Of a stretch of 64,000 nucleotides of DNA, positions 1 through 14,010 are shown piece after piece. Position 1 is the stretch's first letter, and every line of letters starts with the position of its first letter. The DNA is from Octopus vulgaris. Its lineage: Eukaryota. Under the pieces are notes generated by a model. It saw only the letters and a program-made list of their open reading frames with translations. It was not told where the DNA came from and searched no databases. The stretch is taken from assembly GCA_951406725.2 (NCBI GenBank), contig OX597814.1, positions 133,300,001 through 133,364,000 on the forward strand, written 5' to 3'. The position numbers were made by a program, and so were the translations under genes.

Positions 1-1147
1 TGTTTGAACCGAGTCAAGTGTGAAATGGAGCCTGTTGAGTGTCGAGCAGTGATCCGGATTTTGTATTTGAAAGGACGCACACCACGGGAGACTTTTGATG
101 AAATGAAAGTAACTTATGGTGATGATGCCCCATCATATGACCTTGTAAAACGCTGGAATCGTGAATTCAAACATGGTCGGAACTCTGTGGAAACAGCTCC
201 CAGATCTGGTCGCCCCTTCTGCCATTGATGAGGCATCTGTCCGTCAAGTTGAGGCTGCCATTTTGGAAGATCGACGCATAATTATTCGCCAAATAGCCCA
301 TAAGGTCAAGATTAGTACCGGGTCTGTGGAAACTATTATTCATGACCATTTGCATATGCAAAAGGTGCCTGCCAGATGGATTCCCAGGTTGCTCACGCCT
401 TTCCAGAAGCAAGAACGCGTCGAGTGCTCGAGGGTGAATTTGGAGATGTGCCAAGAAGATGAGTCAAAATTTTTCAAAAGACTGATTACACAGGATGAAA
501 CCTGGATCCATCACGATGATCCAGAGACCAAAGCCCAGTCAATGCAGTGGAAGCACCGTGACTCACCCCCTCCAAAGAAGGTAAGGGTGCAGCCCTCCGC
601 TGCCAAGGTCATGCTCACAGTCTTCTGGGACCAGGACGGAGTAGTGATGACAGATTTCCTGGCAAAGGGTACCACAATTGCAGGAGCCTATTATGCTTCA
701 CTTTTGAGGAAATTAAGAGAAGTTATCAAAATCAAGAGGCGGGGCAAGATCAGCAAAGGCATCCTCCTCCTGCAGGACAACGCTCCGGTCCACAACTCGC
801 TTGTCGCCAGATCAGAAGCACAGGCGTGCGGCTATGAACTCCTCCCCCATCACCCTACTTTCCCGACCTTGCACCCTCTGATTTTCACCTCTTCCCAGTC
901 ATGAAGTTGTTTTTGAAAGGAAAGCGTTTCCCAGATGATGCAGCCTTGATTTCTGAAGTCACGTTGAGGTTGGATGACCAAGCTGGGTTCTTCTACAAAA
1001 ACGGTCTCCAGAGCTGCATCAAACAATGGGAGAAATGCGTAACTCTGGGTGGTTGCTATGTAGAAAAAGACTAATAACTGTGCCAAGTTTCGTTGCTCTA
1101 CTGCTATGGGAAGTGGGTCAGGGGCATTACTTATTGAACGCCTCTCG
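1..1147 (+). mobile_element. Mariner (DD34D) transposon, frameshifted; 5' end lies outside the window
   Basis: ORFs 4..228 and 161..904 give HTH, WIPRLL, ITQDETW, LLLQDNAPVH and a frameshifted PYxPDLAPSDF. The right TIR ends ...TTATTGAACGCCTCTCG followed by TA (1148-1149). Close to the copy at 42231. Confidence 0.93.
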
Positions 1148-2059
1148 TACATAGAGCAATAATAATAAATTTTTTAATTGATAATGTAGTTTTCAAGTAA
1201 TCTTAAACGGAAATAGAATAAAAAGGAAGGTTAAAATATTTGAACAAATTATTGGCTAGAATATATATTTTATAATTTATACTGAATACTCAACCCTTAT
1301 CTATAGCAATAGTTATCAGTTTTTATATGATGAAATCCTGCTTTATGCACAATTTTACTTCCGTGATCGAAACTTGTTCCTGATTCCTTCTGTTCGTAAC
1401 TCTCTTTTGCACACAGCTCTTACTGAATCAAACGCACATGAACAGAAATGGAATCGTATCACGTAGTAATAGACATGTGAGAAGGAAGAAATTTCTAATG
1501 GTTTACAAATATTTTGAAAGGAAAAGTAATGCTGTTCTAGGATCAGTCTTTAGAGCCTTGATATTCGAAATTTACTAGGAATCATAGAAAATGAACATTG
1601 CATTTGACGCTAAAGAAACGAGTGGGTGAGGATCAGTGTTTACCCTCCAGCGATATTTCGACTTTCATTCACGTAGAACATATAAATAAGCATTGAAGGT
1701 TCCGTTTCAATTATTTCTGATGTTTATTTATTTATACACCTATTTATTTGGAATCATTACTAATTTTGGGACTATAAAAATGATGCCCATTCCACTAACA
1801 CAAATTTCTCTCAGATATTTCTTATCACAAATTCAAGAAATCTTGATTGAATGTCAAATGATAAGCTACTGCTCGTTCTCCTGTAAATAGAAGGATTAGT
1901 ATGAGAAAATATGTATCACTGGAAAAAAAGAATACAAAATAATTCTTCTTCACGATATATCGCAGGATCTCTTCTCGTTTTTGAAAAAAATGTTCATTGT
2001 TTCATTAAAGCACAGATGTAGAATATACAACAAAAGGAATTATCATTGTTAATATTACA

Positions 2060-3090
2060 AGGGCATTCGATTAGCAGAATCAAAATACCGTCAGACAAAA
2101 TGCTTATTAGAAATTTCTTTTGTTTCTTTATATTCTCTGTTCAAATCCTGTTGAGGCCAAATTTTCTTATCGTGTTCGTTAAAATAAAGTGCCAGTGAAG
2201 ACCTGAGATTACTGTTATCGACTAACTCCCTCCCTTCAAAACTACTGGCCTTGTGTTGAAATCAAAACGCATCATCAATATCCCTAGAAAAGCTATGAAT
2301 TGGCAGAACTGTAAGAGAACCAGATAGAAAGCCGTGCAGTATTTCTTTTGGCTATGTGTTCTTAAGTCAATTTTCTGTTTCATTTTGTACGCTCGTTAAA
2401 ATAAAGTATTGGTGAAGTATTGACATTGAATGCATCGATGAACCTCCTCCTTAAACCCACTTCTTTTGCACGTAATTTAGATATAATTTAACAATTATCA
2501 TTATAAGAGCTGAAGATGAAAGAAGAATAGAAGTGTGACCAAAATTCCCACGTAAATGTAGTTATGACTTCTTAAGTTTTCAATCAAATCATGCCGAAAT
2601 AAAGATGGCATACCATCACTTGTCATTGAGTTGGAGGAAATAAAATAAGTGCCAATTCATAATAGCTCTTTCCACCAAAATATCTCAGCTTGTATAATTA
2701 TTTCTAAAACCATTGAAATAACGGTAGATTGGCAAAATATCTAGTTTCGGTCATTTATATTCAAGGTTCAAATCTTGTTGATGTCAAGTTACCTTTAAGC
2801 TTCAAAGATTAATGAAATATTGTATTACTCAAGTATTGGGATAATGTCATCAAATAAAACCTCCCACCAGATTTGCTTGACTTGTGCCTTAATTAAGAAC
2901 AATTGTTATTAGCATTGTAAGTGTGGTGGATTGGCAAAGAACTGTGTTAGACAAAATGACTTGTTATTTACTTGCTTCTCCATGAGTTGTGAGTTAAAAT
3001 CCCTCTGATGCAACGTTGGTATGCATCTCTTCGAGATTGACAAAGTATAATACTATTGGGGTTGACATATTTGTGTAGCCCTTCTCTCAG
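2060..3090 (+). mobile_element. Cluster of about four highly decayed tRNA-derived SINE copies
   Basis: Repeated degenerate matches (TTGGCAGAA...TTCAAATC...AAAATAAAGT..CAGT...CTTGTGCC) to the better-preserved SINE at 40696. Confidence 0.5.
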
Positions 3091-3304
3091 TATTATTGTT
3101 ATTGATGCGACGGGTGACGGAATTGATAGAATGTCGTTTCTTCATTGAATTACAATCCTACAATATTATTGCGTATAAATATAATTTCCAAGGGACTGTT
3201 TATATATTGAAGTGCATTTTTTTATAATTATGCCCAATTTTATTGGAAATAAGAGGGAATGTTCCCGGTTTTAATTCATTCATTCTAATTAAGTTTTTCC
3301 TTTT

Positions 3305-3820
3305 ATGCCCTTGCTCCAATTAGGTTGTATAAACGTACGCGGCCTGTGTTCGGATTGGAAGCAAGCTGCCTCCTTGACGACCTCAGGTCTCATGGAATAG
3401 ATTTAGTATTTGCTACTGAAACCAGACAGAGCGGGCTGTAGGCTTTTTCACACCTCCTAAACGGCTACGAGAAATTTTTTTCTCCAAACCAACCTGGAGT
3501 GGGAGGAGGACTTGTAGTTCTACTCAGTAAAAACCTGGATTTGGAGATAAGAACGGTATTTGTAGATCCGGAAAGCAGGTTGGTTGTCTTAGATGTGACG
3601 CACAACAGTGGTAAGGTATTCAGGTTGGTGGCTGTCTATGGTCCCTGTAGAACTAGGCAGTCGGACTAATTCAGAAGGCTTGATAAATTTCTGAGAACGT
3701 CGCACACGTTAGTATTGTTAGGTGACTTTAACACAATCTGCGATGCACGCGTAGTTTGTATTGGCTTGAACTCGGATAGGAGGGGAAACCATTGCCTCAG
3801 CGATCTGCTAAGTCGTTTTC
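3305..3820 (+). pseudogene. APE endonuclease N-terminus of a Tx1/L1-like LINE ORF2, decayed
   Basis: Manual translation: MPLLQLGCINVRGL...GIDLVFATETR...GVGGGLVVLL...DPESRLVVLDV...RLVAVYGP...VLLGDFN, with frameshifts and a stop. Confidence 0.8.
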
Positions 3821-3977
3821 AGTTAAAATATTAAACAGAGAACACTACTGGAAAATACGAAAACTAAAAGAAGCAGCACATATGCCAGGTCACAACCTCC
3901 TAATCAGACTGAGTGTAGATATGAGTAGCATATGGGAACCGGCATTAAGAAAGGATAGGAAAATATTAGATTTATAA
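3821..3977 (+). pseudogene. 3' tip of a PLE GIY-YIG ORF, fused to the APE fragment
   Basis: KILNREHYWKIRKLKEAAHM resembles the K-I-L..E....R...EA..I C-terminus of PLE GIY-YIG domains. Confidence 0.5.
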
Positions 3978-4249
3978 GCCCTAAACGTTGTGTTAACAAC
4001 AAACAAGCGGACGACAAATATCCGTCAAATGTAAATAATGTAAAATGTAAAATATTATCCCCTCAAAAGGCATATCTACTCATTCTTTCAAATATATGTA
4101 TATATATATTATATATATTATATATTATATATATATATAAAGTTTGGAGATGATGTACAGGTATTTTATATTAGAAGAAATGAGGTACTCAGAAATTCGG
4201 ATGGTTTTATATTTACATATATTTTATTTGTATATTATTTGTGTATATA

Positions 4250-4325
<76 letters not shown>

Positions 4326-4588
4326 AATACAATCCAATATAATAACCTACACCATATGAAAGGAACTTAGAGAAAATTTCATTGAAAAATAGCATGTTTT
4401 CTGAGTCATAAAGAAACAGGGTGAGTAGGAGTGGGACACTGGTATGCTGAAGAATACATTAATCACAATAAGTAGTCCCTAACGTACAAAGATGTTGGCA
4501 TGATCGCGACTGGAACGCTTTTAATTATAGATCTGCTTAATAATAGCTGACCTGAGACAATAGAACATAAAAATACCTCTGAAAGGCT

Positions 4589-4872
4589 TCATCATCATCA
4601 TCATCAACATCGTTTAACGTCCGTTCTCCATGCTAGCATGGGTTGGACGGTTCGACCGGGGATCTGGGAACCCAGAAGGCTGCACCAGGCTCCAGTCTTA
4701 TCTGGTAATGTTTCTACAGCTGGATGCCCTTCCTAACGCCAACCACTCCGTGAGTGTAGTGGGTGCTTTTTACGTGCCACCCGCACAGGTGCCAGGCGAG
4801 GCTGGCAACGGCCACGGTCGGATTGGTGCATTTTACGTGCCACCGGCACGGAAGCCAGTCGAGGCGGCGCTG
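4589..4872 (-). mobile_element. Retroposon 3' end with (TGA)n tail (RTE-type LINE or RTE-dependent SINE)
   Basis: (CAT)n followed by CGTTTAACGTCCG...CCATGCTAGCATGGGTTGGACGG. Same (TGA)n tail type as the RTE at 14.9-15.5 kb. Confidence 0.55.
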
Positions 4873-4879
4873 CGCTATA

Positions 4880-5392
4880 TGATCAAATAAACCTTACATA
4901 GAGGTGCGAGTGGGGGTATACTCGTGGGGGGATAGTCAAGTAAGACAGGGGTAGAAACTTCCGGTATTGGGGTAGAAACTTCCGGTATTGGTGTAGAAAC
5001 TTCCGGTATTGGTGTAGGGACTTCCGGTATTGGTGGAGGTGGTGGGAGGGCGGGCGAACCTCGAAGCAACGAGTTTGAATATAATTCCTAGGAAAGTTAA
5101 AGTCTTAGCTGGCCATTTTTCTGAAAATCCGTGTTTTGTCAGGAAGATGCAGCGAGTATGAGGAGGGAACACGATCGTCCGCTGGTTTAACGAGTTTGAA
5201 TATAATTCGTAGGAACGCTTAAAAATATGAATGAAACAGGTTGAAAGTTAAAGTCTTAGCTTTAACTCGAAGCAACGAGTTTGAATATAATTCGTAGGAA
5301 AGTTAAAGTCTTAGCTGGACATTTTTCTGAAAATCCGTGTTTTGTCAGGAAGATGCAGCGAGTATGAGGGAGAGAACACGATCGTCCGCTGA
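4880..5392. repeat. Small repeat with four 21-bp tandem units and a duplicated ~125-bp block
   Basis: GTAGAAACTTCCGGTATTGGT/G x4 (~4951-5033). Block ~5060-5183 recurs at ~5267-5390. Ends in (TA)n. Confidence 0.75.
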
Positions 5393-5410
5393 TATATATA
5401 TATATATAAA

Positions 5411-5465
<55 letters not shown>

Positions 5466-7208
5466 CTGGGGGAAACAACCAAATGATTGTAATATGGTTT
5501 TATGACATTCAGATAGATCTATTTCGATTTTGGGCGCGAATTACGCCCAGATCCACATTGCGTTTTTCATTTCGAAGCTCTTTAAATATAGTTCCTGTTG
5601 ATATACATATAGTATTGATCTGCTTATCATGGACTATAGCCCTGTACACATTGTTTTAGGCATTACCGATCTAGAATGTTATATTCCCGAAATAACTGGG
5701 CAATTGAAATGCATCTTGATGACGCCTCAGATTGTTTTATCGGTCGCAGCTCTATTTTAGTTAATCCTGCTCCATTTATTACTTTACTCTGATTCAAAAC
5801 TTTTTTTCGTTTATATTCTTATGAGGTTGTCGCACTCTCCTCTACTGCCTGCTTCTGCTTCTGGCTATTTCTCTGTTGTACATAACGTTTATCGAATAAT
5901 TTATCGCCCTGCCCATCTATATTCTATATTTGTTTAACTGTTCGCTTCTTAACTTGTCCTAATCTTATGGTTTTCTACTTTATTCTTGTAATTTCTGTTA
6001 CCATTCATTGGAGACTAAGTTGTCATTTGTTTGAATATTTTATAACTTCATTCGGTCTCCGATACATTATAGAAGCATGAATCTATCTCAATGTTTGACG
6101 CCTAATTTATTTTATTAACCTCAGAATGTTGAAAATATTCGGTAAAAATAAATCATAAGTCATGTAATTCATTTTCAATGAAGAGGAGTAAATAAGTATA
6201 TATAACAATTACTCCATGCCAATGTCTCAACCAAAACATATAAAAAAAACAAATAAACAAATAAATGGCGGTGCCCCAGCATGGCCACATCTCGTGAGCT
6301 GAAACTAGATAAAATTAAAATAAAAACATTGAAGAAATGTAGTTGGCCAACAATCGAAAATTTGATTCTTTTTTCTATCAATTGAATATCATCAAAAATA
6401 TACAATGCATTCAGCCTTTTGTATAGAACCCATTGTTAGGAGCTCAGTTTGCACCCTGTATTCCAACTAGGATCTCTAAACTAACATCAACACTAACTTT
6501 TTAACTTACATCTTTCGCATGGTCTGTTAGAACACAGAACGATGATCATGATACTGATGCTAGTGATTAATTATAATTAAGCTGATGGTGAAGTGAACAG
6601 TAATAATGGTAACAAAGACGATGGAGAGGAGGAGGAGGACGACGACGAGAATGGGTCTTGCATTTGATGACTAAGAATGGTAGGAAGAAAAATGTGACAG
6701 CCATACTGCTTTTGTTGTTGCATGAAATGTTTTTAAAAAAACATCTATCCTTTGAAAAGCCCTTACTTTCAAGGAAATATACTCTAGTGTTTCCTGCAAT
6801 TGTTCTCGTTAAATAAAAACCATTGATACAATAAATGCACTTTGTTTATTTTTAATTCAATAGAATCTCAGGAAAATAAATTTCTTCTTTTTAATTCACT
6901 CACTAACAATGAACAATGTGCTTTAAAGTGCGAATTTTAGAAAAGAAAACAAATGGGAAAAAAGAAACTTATGCTCTGCATCATTTAATTGAAATATTTC
7001 ACTTTTTCCTCGTCATTCTGCCATACGTATTCACATATCGTATTCAAAAATACATAAATATGTGCGAGTACGGGTGTATGTATTTGCATATGTATATGCA
7101 TATATATGTGTATGTATATGTATATGTTCATATATGCATATATATGTATATATTTATATATATATATGGGTATATACATGTTTATATAAGCTCATATACA
7201 TATATATT

Positions 7209-7253
<45 letters not shown>

Positions 7254-7336
7254 GTATGTATGTATATGTTCATATATGCGTGTGTGTGTGTAAATTTATG
7301 TATGCATGCATGTATACTTATGTATATATATAATAT

Positions 7337-7414
<78 letters not shown>

Positions 7415-7949
7415 TTATGTACATTTGTCTGCGTATGTGAGTATATGTGTAGTAATGGATCGATGAATATATTTGTGTGCATGTGTGTATGTGTGTGTGT
7501 ATGCGTGCGTGTGTGTGTACGTAATTCTACGTTCAAATGTTTATCTGTTTTACAGCAACTAAAACAATAGAAACGGTGTAACTAAATTCAAATGACAATT
7601 AACTTTAAAAACAAATTTTATTAATTTTGAATGAGGAAAAATTTCTATATTTATAGAAATTATCATGATTTCCCAAAGGACATTACCGGAATAAAAGAGG
7701 AAAAAATAGAGGAAAATCAATTACAGCTTTCATACTCAAGATGACTCGGCTCACCTGTATCTTATTCTTACATTCTTATGTTCTCAATATAAGTTTCCTT
7801 TTTTTCTACTGCTGGTTCAATGTGGTACTATTTTGAAAGTACAATACTTAGTTTAAGATTTCTCTGTGCACATGACTGAAATTTTAGGAATACAACTTTA
7901 ATGAATTATGAAAATGTGTTCACTATTGTTGTTTTTTTTTGTTAGTTCC

Positions 7950-8243
7950 TTCTCAAGCCATGCTTGGCTCATAAGGACCAGTTTCCCATTTTCCTTGGCG
8001 TAGAGGTTCCCCACCTGAACGGAACGCCGGTCTACTGCAGGTGAGCAGCAAGATACTGGAGGAAAGAGTGAGTGAAAGTTGTGGCGAAAGAGTCAGCAGA
8101 AGTTCGCCATTACCTTCTGCCGGAGCCGCGTGGAGCATAGGTGTTTCGCTCATAAACACACACATAACCCGGTCTGAGATTCAAACCTGCGATCCCTCGA
8201 CCGCGAGCCCGCTGCTCTAACCACTAGGCCATGTGCCTCCACA
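7950..8243 (-). mobile_element. tRNA-derived SINE
   Basis: Minus-strand head TGGCCTAGTGGTTAGAGCAGCGGGCTCGCGGTCGAGGGATCGCAGGTTTGAATCTC has A-box/B-box-like motifs and no tRNA acceptor 3' arm. Confidence 0.75.
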
Positions 8244-8639
8244 AATGTGTTCACTACTCGACAGTATAACTAGTTGCGGGAAGGAACATTAGAGCATCGG
8301 TACAATGCGTGGCACTATTAGTTCAAGATATTCTCGGTCTGAATTCGAATGTCATCAGGTTAAAATGTTGCTCTTCATCTTTTCTGGGAATGTCAAATTA
8401 TGTGTCATTCATGAAGTCTTTTCTTTTGTACTCTCTCTTTCGGAATGGGCTTCGTTGCGTAATGGGAAGGATCGTGGAATACAAATCACGACAGTATTTT
8501 TTATTTCAGAACTGGAAAGGTTTGAGCGCACGTGCATATGTGTGTGTTTGTGTGATAACACAACCGTCCAAGGCTGGTCCAATGAATGATTCAACACGGG
8601 TAGGAATTTAAGAAAGAAGACAATATATGAGGACTTCTC

Positions 8640-8750
8640 CACCAGGATTTGCGGAGAGAATGGACGCAGTTAACCTCAGGATTACAGAGGTACACTTCAT
8701 TAGAGAGAAAGCACCCGGCTTGAACGGTCGTGATATACTGAATACATGGA
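8640..8750 (+). pseudogene. PLE GIY-YIG C-terminal relic
   Basis: RITEVHFIREKAPGLNGRD resembles [19 protein letters not shown] of the PLE ORF at 20051. Confidence 0.45.
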
Positions 8751-10809
8751 AATACATCAAATGCTTTCAGAATCTTTAACTGGCACTAGCTATCGCCAAG
8801 AAAGATGAATGGATGGATATATGGATGGACAGTTATTAAAATATATAACTTAATTTTGTTGAAATGATTGACTATGAATGAAAATCCCCGACATATATTC
8901 AATGATCCGCAAAGGGATGCTCATAGTTGCTTTTGTGAATAATATATTTTTCGTATTATTCTAGTTTAAGAATGTAATTAGTATGATCTAATATAGATTT
9001 TGTTGTTTAGCACAAGTGTAGACCTGATCGAGAGAAACTATGACCAAGTAGTTCCAGCCAGGACAATCTTGTTTAATTTCTTAATGTATCTAAAAGTGTT
9101 ATCCATCGTTTTCATATATTTTTCGAATTTTCAAGGTTGTTGGGTGTAATTTGAGGATGAAGTTGGAACTATGCGAATCTATAGTTTTCATCATTGTGTA
9201 TTATGAGAGTAGTTTATTGATTTATCGATTTTATTCATTTACAGTCGGAGGAAGGACAAACTTAATCCATCTTAGATTTAATGTTAATTCTTCGAAAAAC
9301 GAAATTATTGTTTCAGAAAATTGAATCATAGAAATTTGAATTACAACTCTTATAATATTTAACATTATAATTATCCACTTTTGTAGAACTTAAAGAAAGA
9401 GAAAAAAATGTAGGTGAAGTCTGTGAGAATTTTTGTGAATTAGAGAATACAAATGCCTCGAGACCTAACTGATAATTTGCACTAGGGTTATCTTCATTGA
9501 AATTATCGATGGAGAATATTACTAGCACATAGATGGGGGTTAACCAATTATCATTGGTTCATCAAAGTTTCAACGCCAAATGAGTTGAGTCTATACACTT
9601 CTACGTAGAAGTCAGTTCACTGCTCGAAACAACAAGGATTAGTTTTAGTTTTGTTACTCAAGTGTAAGGTTTCGATTATTCTGGATTATGATATACGTAC
9701 TCATATAAAAGCATGCTAGGCTGAATGAATTCCATTACTACCATAACAACGAGGTCTTGAAAGAATTGTAAATCTATTGATTCGAAACAATATATGAAAT
9801 TCATTATAACAATGAAATATGGCATTAATTATAGATGTGCTTTACCATCTATATTGAAAATTTAGTTTGTATTATACTAAAGAAAGATGGTAGATTTATT
9901 CTATTAATGTTCATTATATATTCAGTACATAATGGGAGCATGAATTGTTTGTTGCAAATAATAAGCAATTTAATTAATTATAGTGTTAACTAGATAATCC
10001 TTGATAACCTTTAATGCAAGCCAATCATAAACTTTGCATCATGAACCCAAGTTTCCTCTTTAATGCCAGAAAAAAGTTCATCATGCAAGATCTTGAAATA
10101 TTTAGTGAAGCATCACCAGCAATTGCTATAGCTGCCACTTCCAACTCTACTGGTAACTACACCGTTACCACTACGGTTACCACCAACAACCCCCCAACTC
10201 TATCGCTGCTATCACTGCCACTAGCACTACTGCTGCTGCTACTACTACTACTACTACATTCCTATCCCTGTACTGATAGTATTTCTGATGCAACAAAATC
10301 TTCAATTATTTCAAAAGACATATATACACAGTTAGTATTAGCATCGTTGCTAAATATCAAAGTGATATATTATGCCTTTTTAAAGGGTACATTTTCCAGT
10401 TACAGAGTATAGATGATATTAAGAAATATTTCAAATCACTTTGGCAAAATGCTTAGCAGCGTTTCATCTATCTTTACATTCTGAGATCAAAGTCTGCCGA
10501 GGTAGACTTTGCCTATCATAGACTTTGCCTATCGATAAAATAAGTACCAGTAGAACAGTGAGGACGATGTAATCGATTTAACCCCTCCTCAGTAATTGCT
10601 GGCTTTGTGCCAAAATTTGAAATTAATATTTCACATAGCTAACTTTCAGCTAATATTATGAATGCATTGCACAGTTTTTGTATCAAAGAGTTTTAACAGC
10701 GATTTATACGTATATCTTGTAGCTAAACGTTCCGATGAAAAATATACGTCTAACGACAGTTTTGGACACCCTGCGAGGTAGCCTAATCGGCCGCTCCTTC
10801 CCCAACTGA

Positions 10810-10990
10810 GGCTATCTTCGACGACAACAGATACAAGGGTATAAATTGGCAGCCCTATCCGGTCTGCTCACTGCACGTACCCGTTACTGTACACATAAAC
10901 CAACACAGGTGCACACGTACATGCATACACACACACATACACACACACGAGTACGCACACACACACACACATACACACATACACTCGTAC
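10810..10990 (+). repeat. Dispersed repeat, copy 1 (copy 2 at ~12433-12620)
   Basis: GCTATCTTCGACGACAACAGATACAAGGGTATAAA...CACTGCACGTACCCGT...GGTGCACACGTACATGCA occurs at both loci, each followed by a (CA)-rich tract. Confidence 0.8.
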
Positions 10991-11032
10991 ACACACACAT
11001 ACACATACAAAAGTTTTAATTTTTATTCGTGT

Positions 11033-11230
11033 TATTGTTATATTTCGAGATGGTTGTTTTTCTTCCTTTCTTCTATTTACCAAATAAACATACGTACGAT
11101 ATGATCGTTCTTCTCTTTACCTATAAGCTGAAATGAAGAACGAGTACATAGTGCGTGTGTTTATTTGGGAAAAAGAACGACCGCCCCGAAATATAACAAT
11201 ACCTGTTTCAACACAGGATTTCACATCAGC
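11033..11230. mobile_element. Short inverted PLE pseudo-LTR relic
   Basis: TATTGTTATATTTCG...(spacer)...CGAAATATAACAATA inverted arms. The right arm continues CTGTTTCAACACAGGATTTCACAT, matching the 3' end of the PLE at 19.3 kb. Confidence 0.65.
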
Positions 11231-12432
11231 AATGTTGCAAACCAAATACCTATTTTTATTCATGAGTTTTCACATTTCCTTAATAGTCGTTTGCTTTGTT
11301 AGGATAAATAACGCTCCATTATCTTTTGTTTCGAGTCGTTCTGAGGGAATCTATTGACTAAGAGAAAAGCATTATCGCAGGCATTCCTGTAGTGACCATC
11401 CAGTTTGATTTTTCAGGCATATTACATTTAGGATTAAACTTTTAATTCTGGCATCCCTTTTTGAAGATGATCTGGGATTGTGATTTATATTCTGCATAAT
11501 TATGTTGGCCAGGCTAAATGGAAAAATGATGCCATTACTTAAAAAAATTTTCATCACTGGAATCAAATTGGTTTATCTTTAACTCGAAGGTACTTTCAAC
11601 AAACAGTAAATATTCTATGTTTATTCGTATCATGTTGCTATTAATGAAGCTTTCTTTCAATTCTTCTAGATTTTGTGGGATTTTCATACACACACACTCG
11701 CACATACACATGCTTGCATGTATATATTTACGTATATATGCATTATCCGAGGCAGGAAAACTTTTCCGATTTAATATATGGCTTAAGAGAACAAAAGAAT
11801 GGAGACGAATCGACTACTTGTCGTTTTCATGAACTTGCCGAACTAAATTGAAACTTAGTGTTTAGTGTATTGGTTTTTAATTTCAAGCTAGATTTTCTTT
11901 TTCATTTTGAAAGACTGACTTTTCACATCATAATTATTGACTTGTGTGGTAAGTAATTTGAACATATGTCAAATTTAATTATTCAAATATATTGTGAGTC
12001 CTCGTTTCTTTTGTAACATTCAATAACCTGAGGCACTCATTATTTTATTGGGAAGAAATATAGGTGTAATATATACCCTGTAATTCTGTCCGTTCACATC
12101 GGTGCAATCGAGTGTAATTACCCAGATATTACACAGCACACATTCCAGGCGGGTATTCTTTGCTGGTAAATTGTTTTGTTATTCAATTTCAGGAAGTCAA
12201 CGAGAAAAAGAAATGTTTTGTTATTTAATTTAAGAAAGAATGATAATTGCACTTCATCCTTCAGAAAAGATCTAGACGTAGTTGATGATAACGTAGATCA
12301 GTAAACTGGAATAGGTTTCCAGTGGATCACGATTAAGAAAAAGAAATGTTGCAGAAACTATTTTGTAAGTTATGTTAGTAAGGTATGATGGGAATGACAA
12401 GTGCATTAGGTAGTGTAGGATAGTGTTTAGGA

Positions 12433-12620
12433 AGCTATCTTCGACGACAACAGATACAAGGGTATAAAGTGGCTGCCCTATCCAGTCTGCTCACTGCACG
12501 TACCCGTCACTGTACACATAAGCCAATACAGGTGCACACGTACATGCATACACACACACGCACACATGCACGAGTACGCTCACGCACATGCACACACACA
12601 TACACTCATACACACACACA
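12433..12620 (+). repeat. Dispersed repeat, copy 2
   Basis: Direct copy of ~10810-10990. Confidence 0.8.
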
Positions 12621-13859
12621 TACATCGACGCCAGTGCGTAACTGGTACTTAACTTATCGACCCCGAAAGAATGAAACTTATTTCTTATTTCTTATTTCTT
12701 TATTGCCCACAATAGAGGGGACAAACAAGGACAGACAAAGAGATTAAGCCGATTAGATCGACCCCAGTGCGTGTGATAGTTCAGGAGATACAGGTGATGT
12801 ACTGCTGATTAGGGACTGTAGGGTTAGTCAATCGTTGGTATTAACTTGTAGTAGTGTTTGTTTGTCACATTACGTTTATTAGTATATATTTTACTGGGAC
12901 TGGAGGCGATTGTAACTATGTTATGTACAGTTTTGAATATTTCCCGGAGAAAGTATCCTACCCAACACAGTATGACATTCTTGTTGTAATTACTGATGCT
13001 ATTAGACATAGACGTATGAGTCATTGAGGACATTGCTGCAGATTTTTAAGTTAGAACTCGTTAGAACACTCATACGTGCACTGGTATTGATAAACCCGAG
13101 TCGGCCTTCCGACAAGTGCGTTCATCGACCAACCCTGAACATAGGCAGGATGATTTGCTGACGTTCCGAGCGCCATGCGATATCATGATGGTTGGCACAA
13201 TCGACTCGAGCAAATCCGCCTATCAGTCTTTCTTAGTTTGAGGTATGGATTAGAGGCTTGCTTCTCTTCAATATAGATACATAGTTGTACTTGTCTGTGG
13301 CATTATGTGAGCGCTTAATTCACTGCTTCTGTTTTTTTTCTTTTTTATTTTGGCTGAGTATACAGTACATGTTATAGATTGAAAACATTATACTAAGTCC
13401 GCAGTATAAATATAGTTTATGTAAAGGATATACTTTACTTTGTGGTGTGATGTAATAAGTATTTGGGTTTATGAATGTCGGATTGCCCTCTGTTGTTTTG
13501 AATATAATGCCAGAAGTTGCTTTATAAGCTGAGGATTAACTGCTTTATTTATATGTTAATGAGTGTCGTTACATACATTATGTTGTGCTACGTATGCTAA
13601 TATAGATTGCTGGTGTGACCACAATCATAAGTTGCTATGAAGCCGCATTGATTTGGTGCCTCACAAAGCCATATGTTATTTCTATATGTATGTACAGCGC
13701 TTATGATTTGTAGTATTGCTCTTTTGAGTTAGTTCAATATGCAAGCTGTATAATTGAGTTAGCGCTAAGCAATGAAGAGACAAATAACTACTAGCAAAAC
13801 TGTTGAAATCAGTTCACTTTTCTTAGAAGACTATTTTATTTTCAACGAAAATATTGGGC

Positions 13860-14010
13860 GTTTGTGCTTCGTACGCGAGATATGCAGGCTCTGCAAGAAG
13901 ACAAGATATTCGCTAAAACACACGTTGTCTCGTTCTGGGTCTTTTCAAGCAGATTATACTCGGTGACACAATGAAGTACTGCGGCAGCTGGAGGAGGTTA
14001 CTGCAAGATG
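13860..14010 (+). pseudogene. Decayed zinc-knuckle region of an RLE-type (R2/R4-like) non-LTR element
   Basis: ICRLCKKTRYSLKHTLSRSGSFQADYTR*HNEVLRQL fits the C..C......H..S.C......Y..RHN.V motif. Confidence 0.55.

Noticed and set aside
1790-1895. Possible minus-strand host exon after TTCTATTTACAG
   Set aside because: All frames close within ~25 codons, no recognisable protein, no partner exon.
4951-5033. CRISPR-like appearance of short repeats (also the 49.7-50.1 kb modules)
   Set aside because: No unique spacers, no cas genes, eukaryotic context.
12800-13560. Possible very old PLE GIY-YIG relic on minus
   Set aside because: Only scattered weak motif resemblances (YCGL, LCIYIEEK); too degenerate to call.
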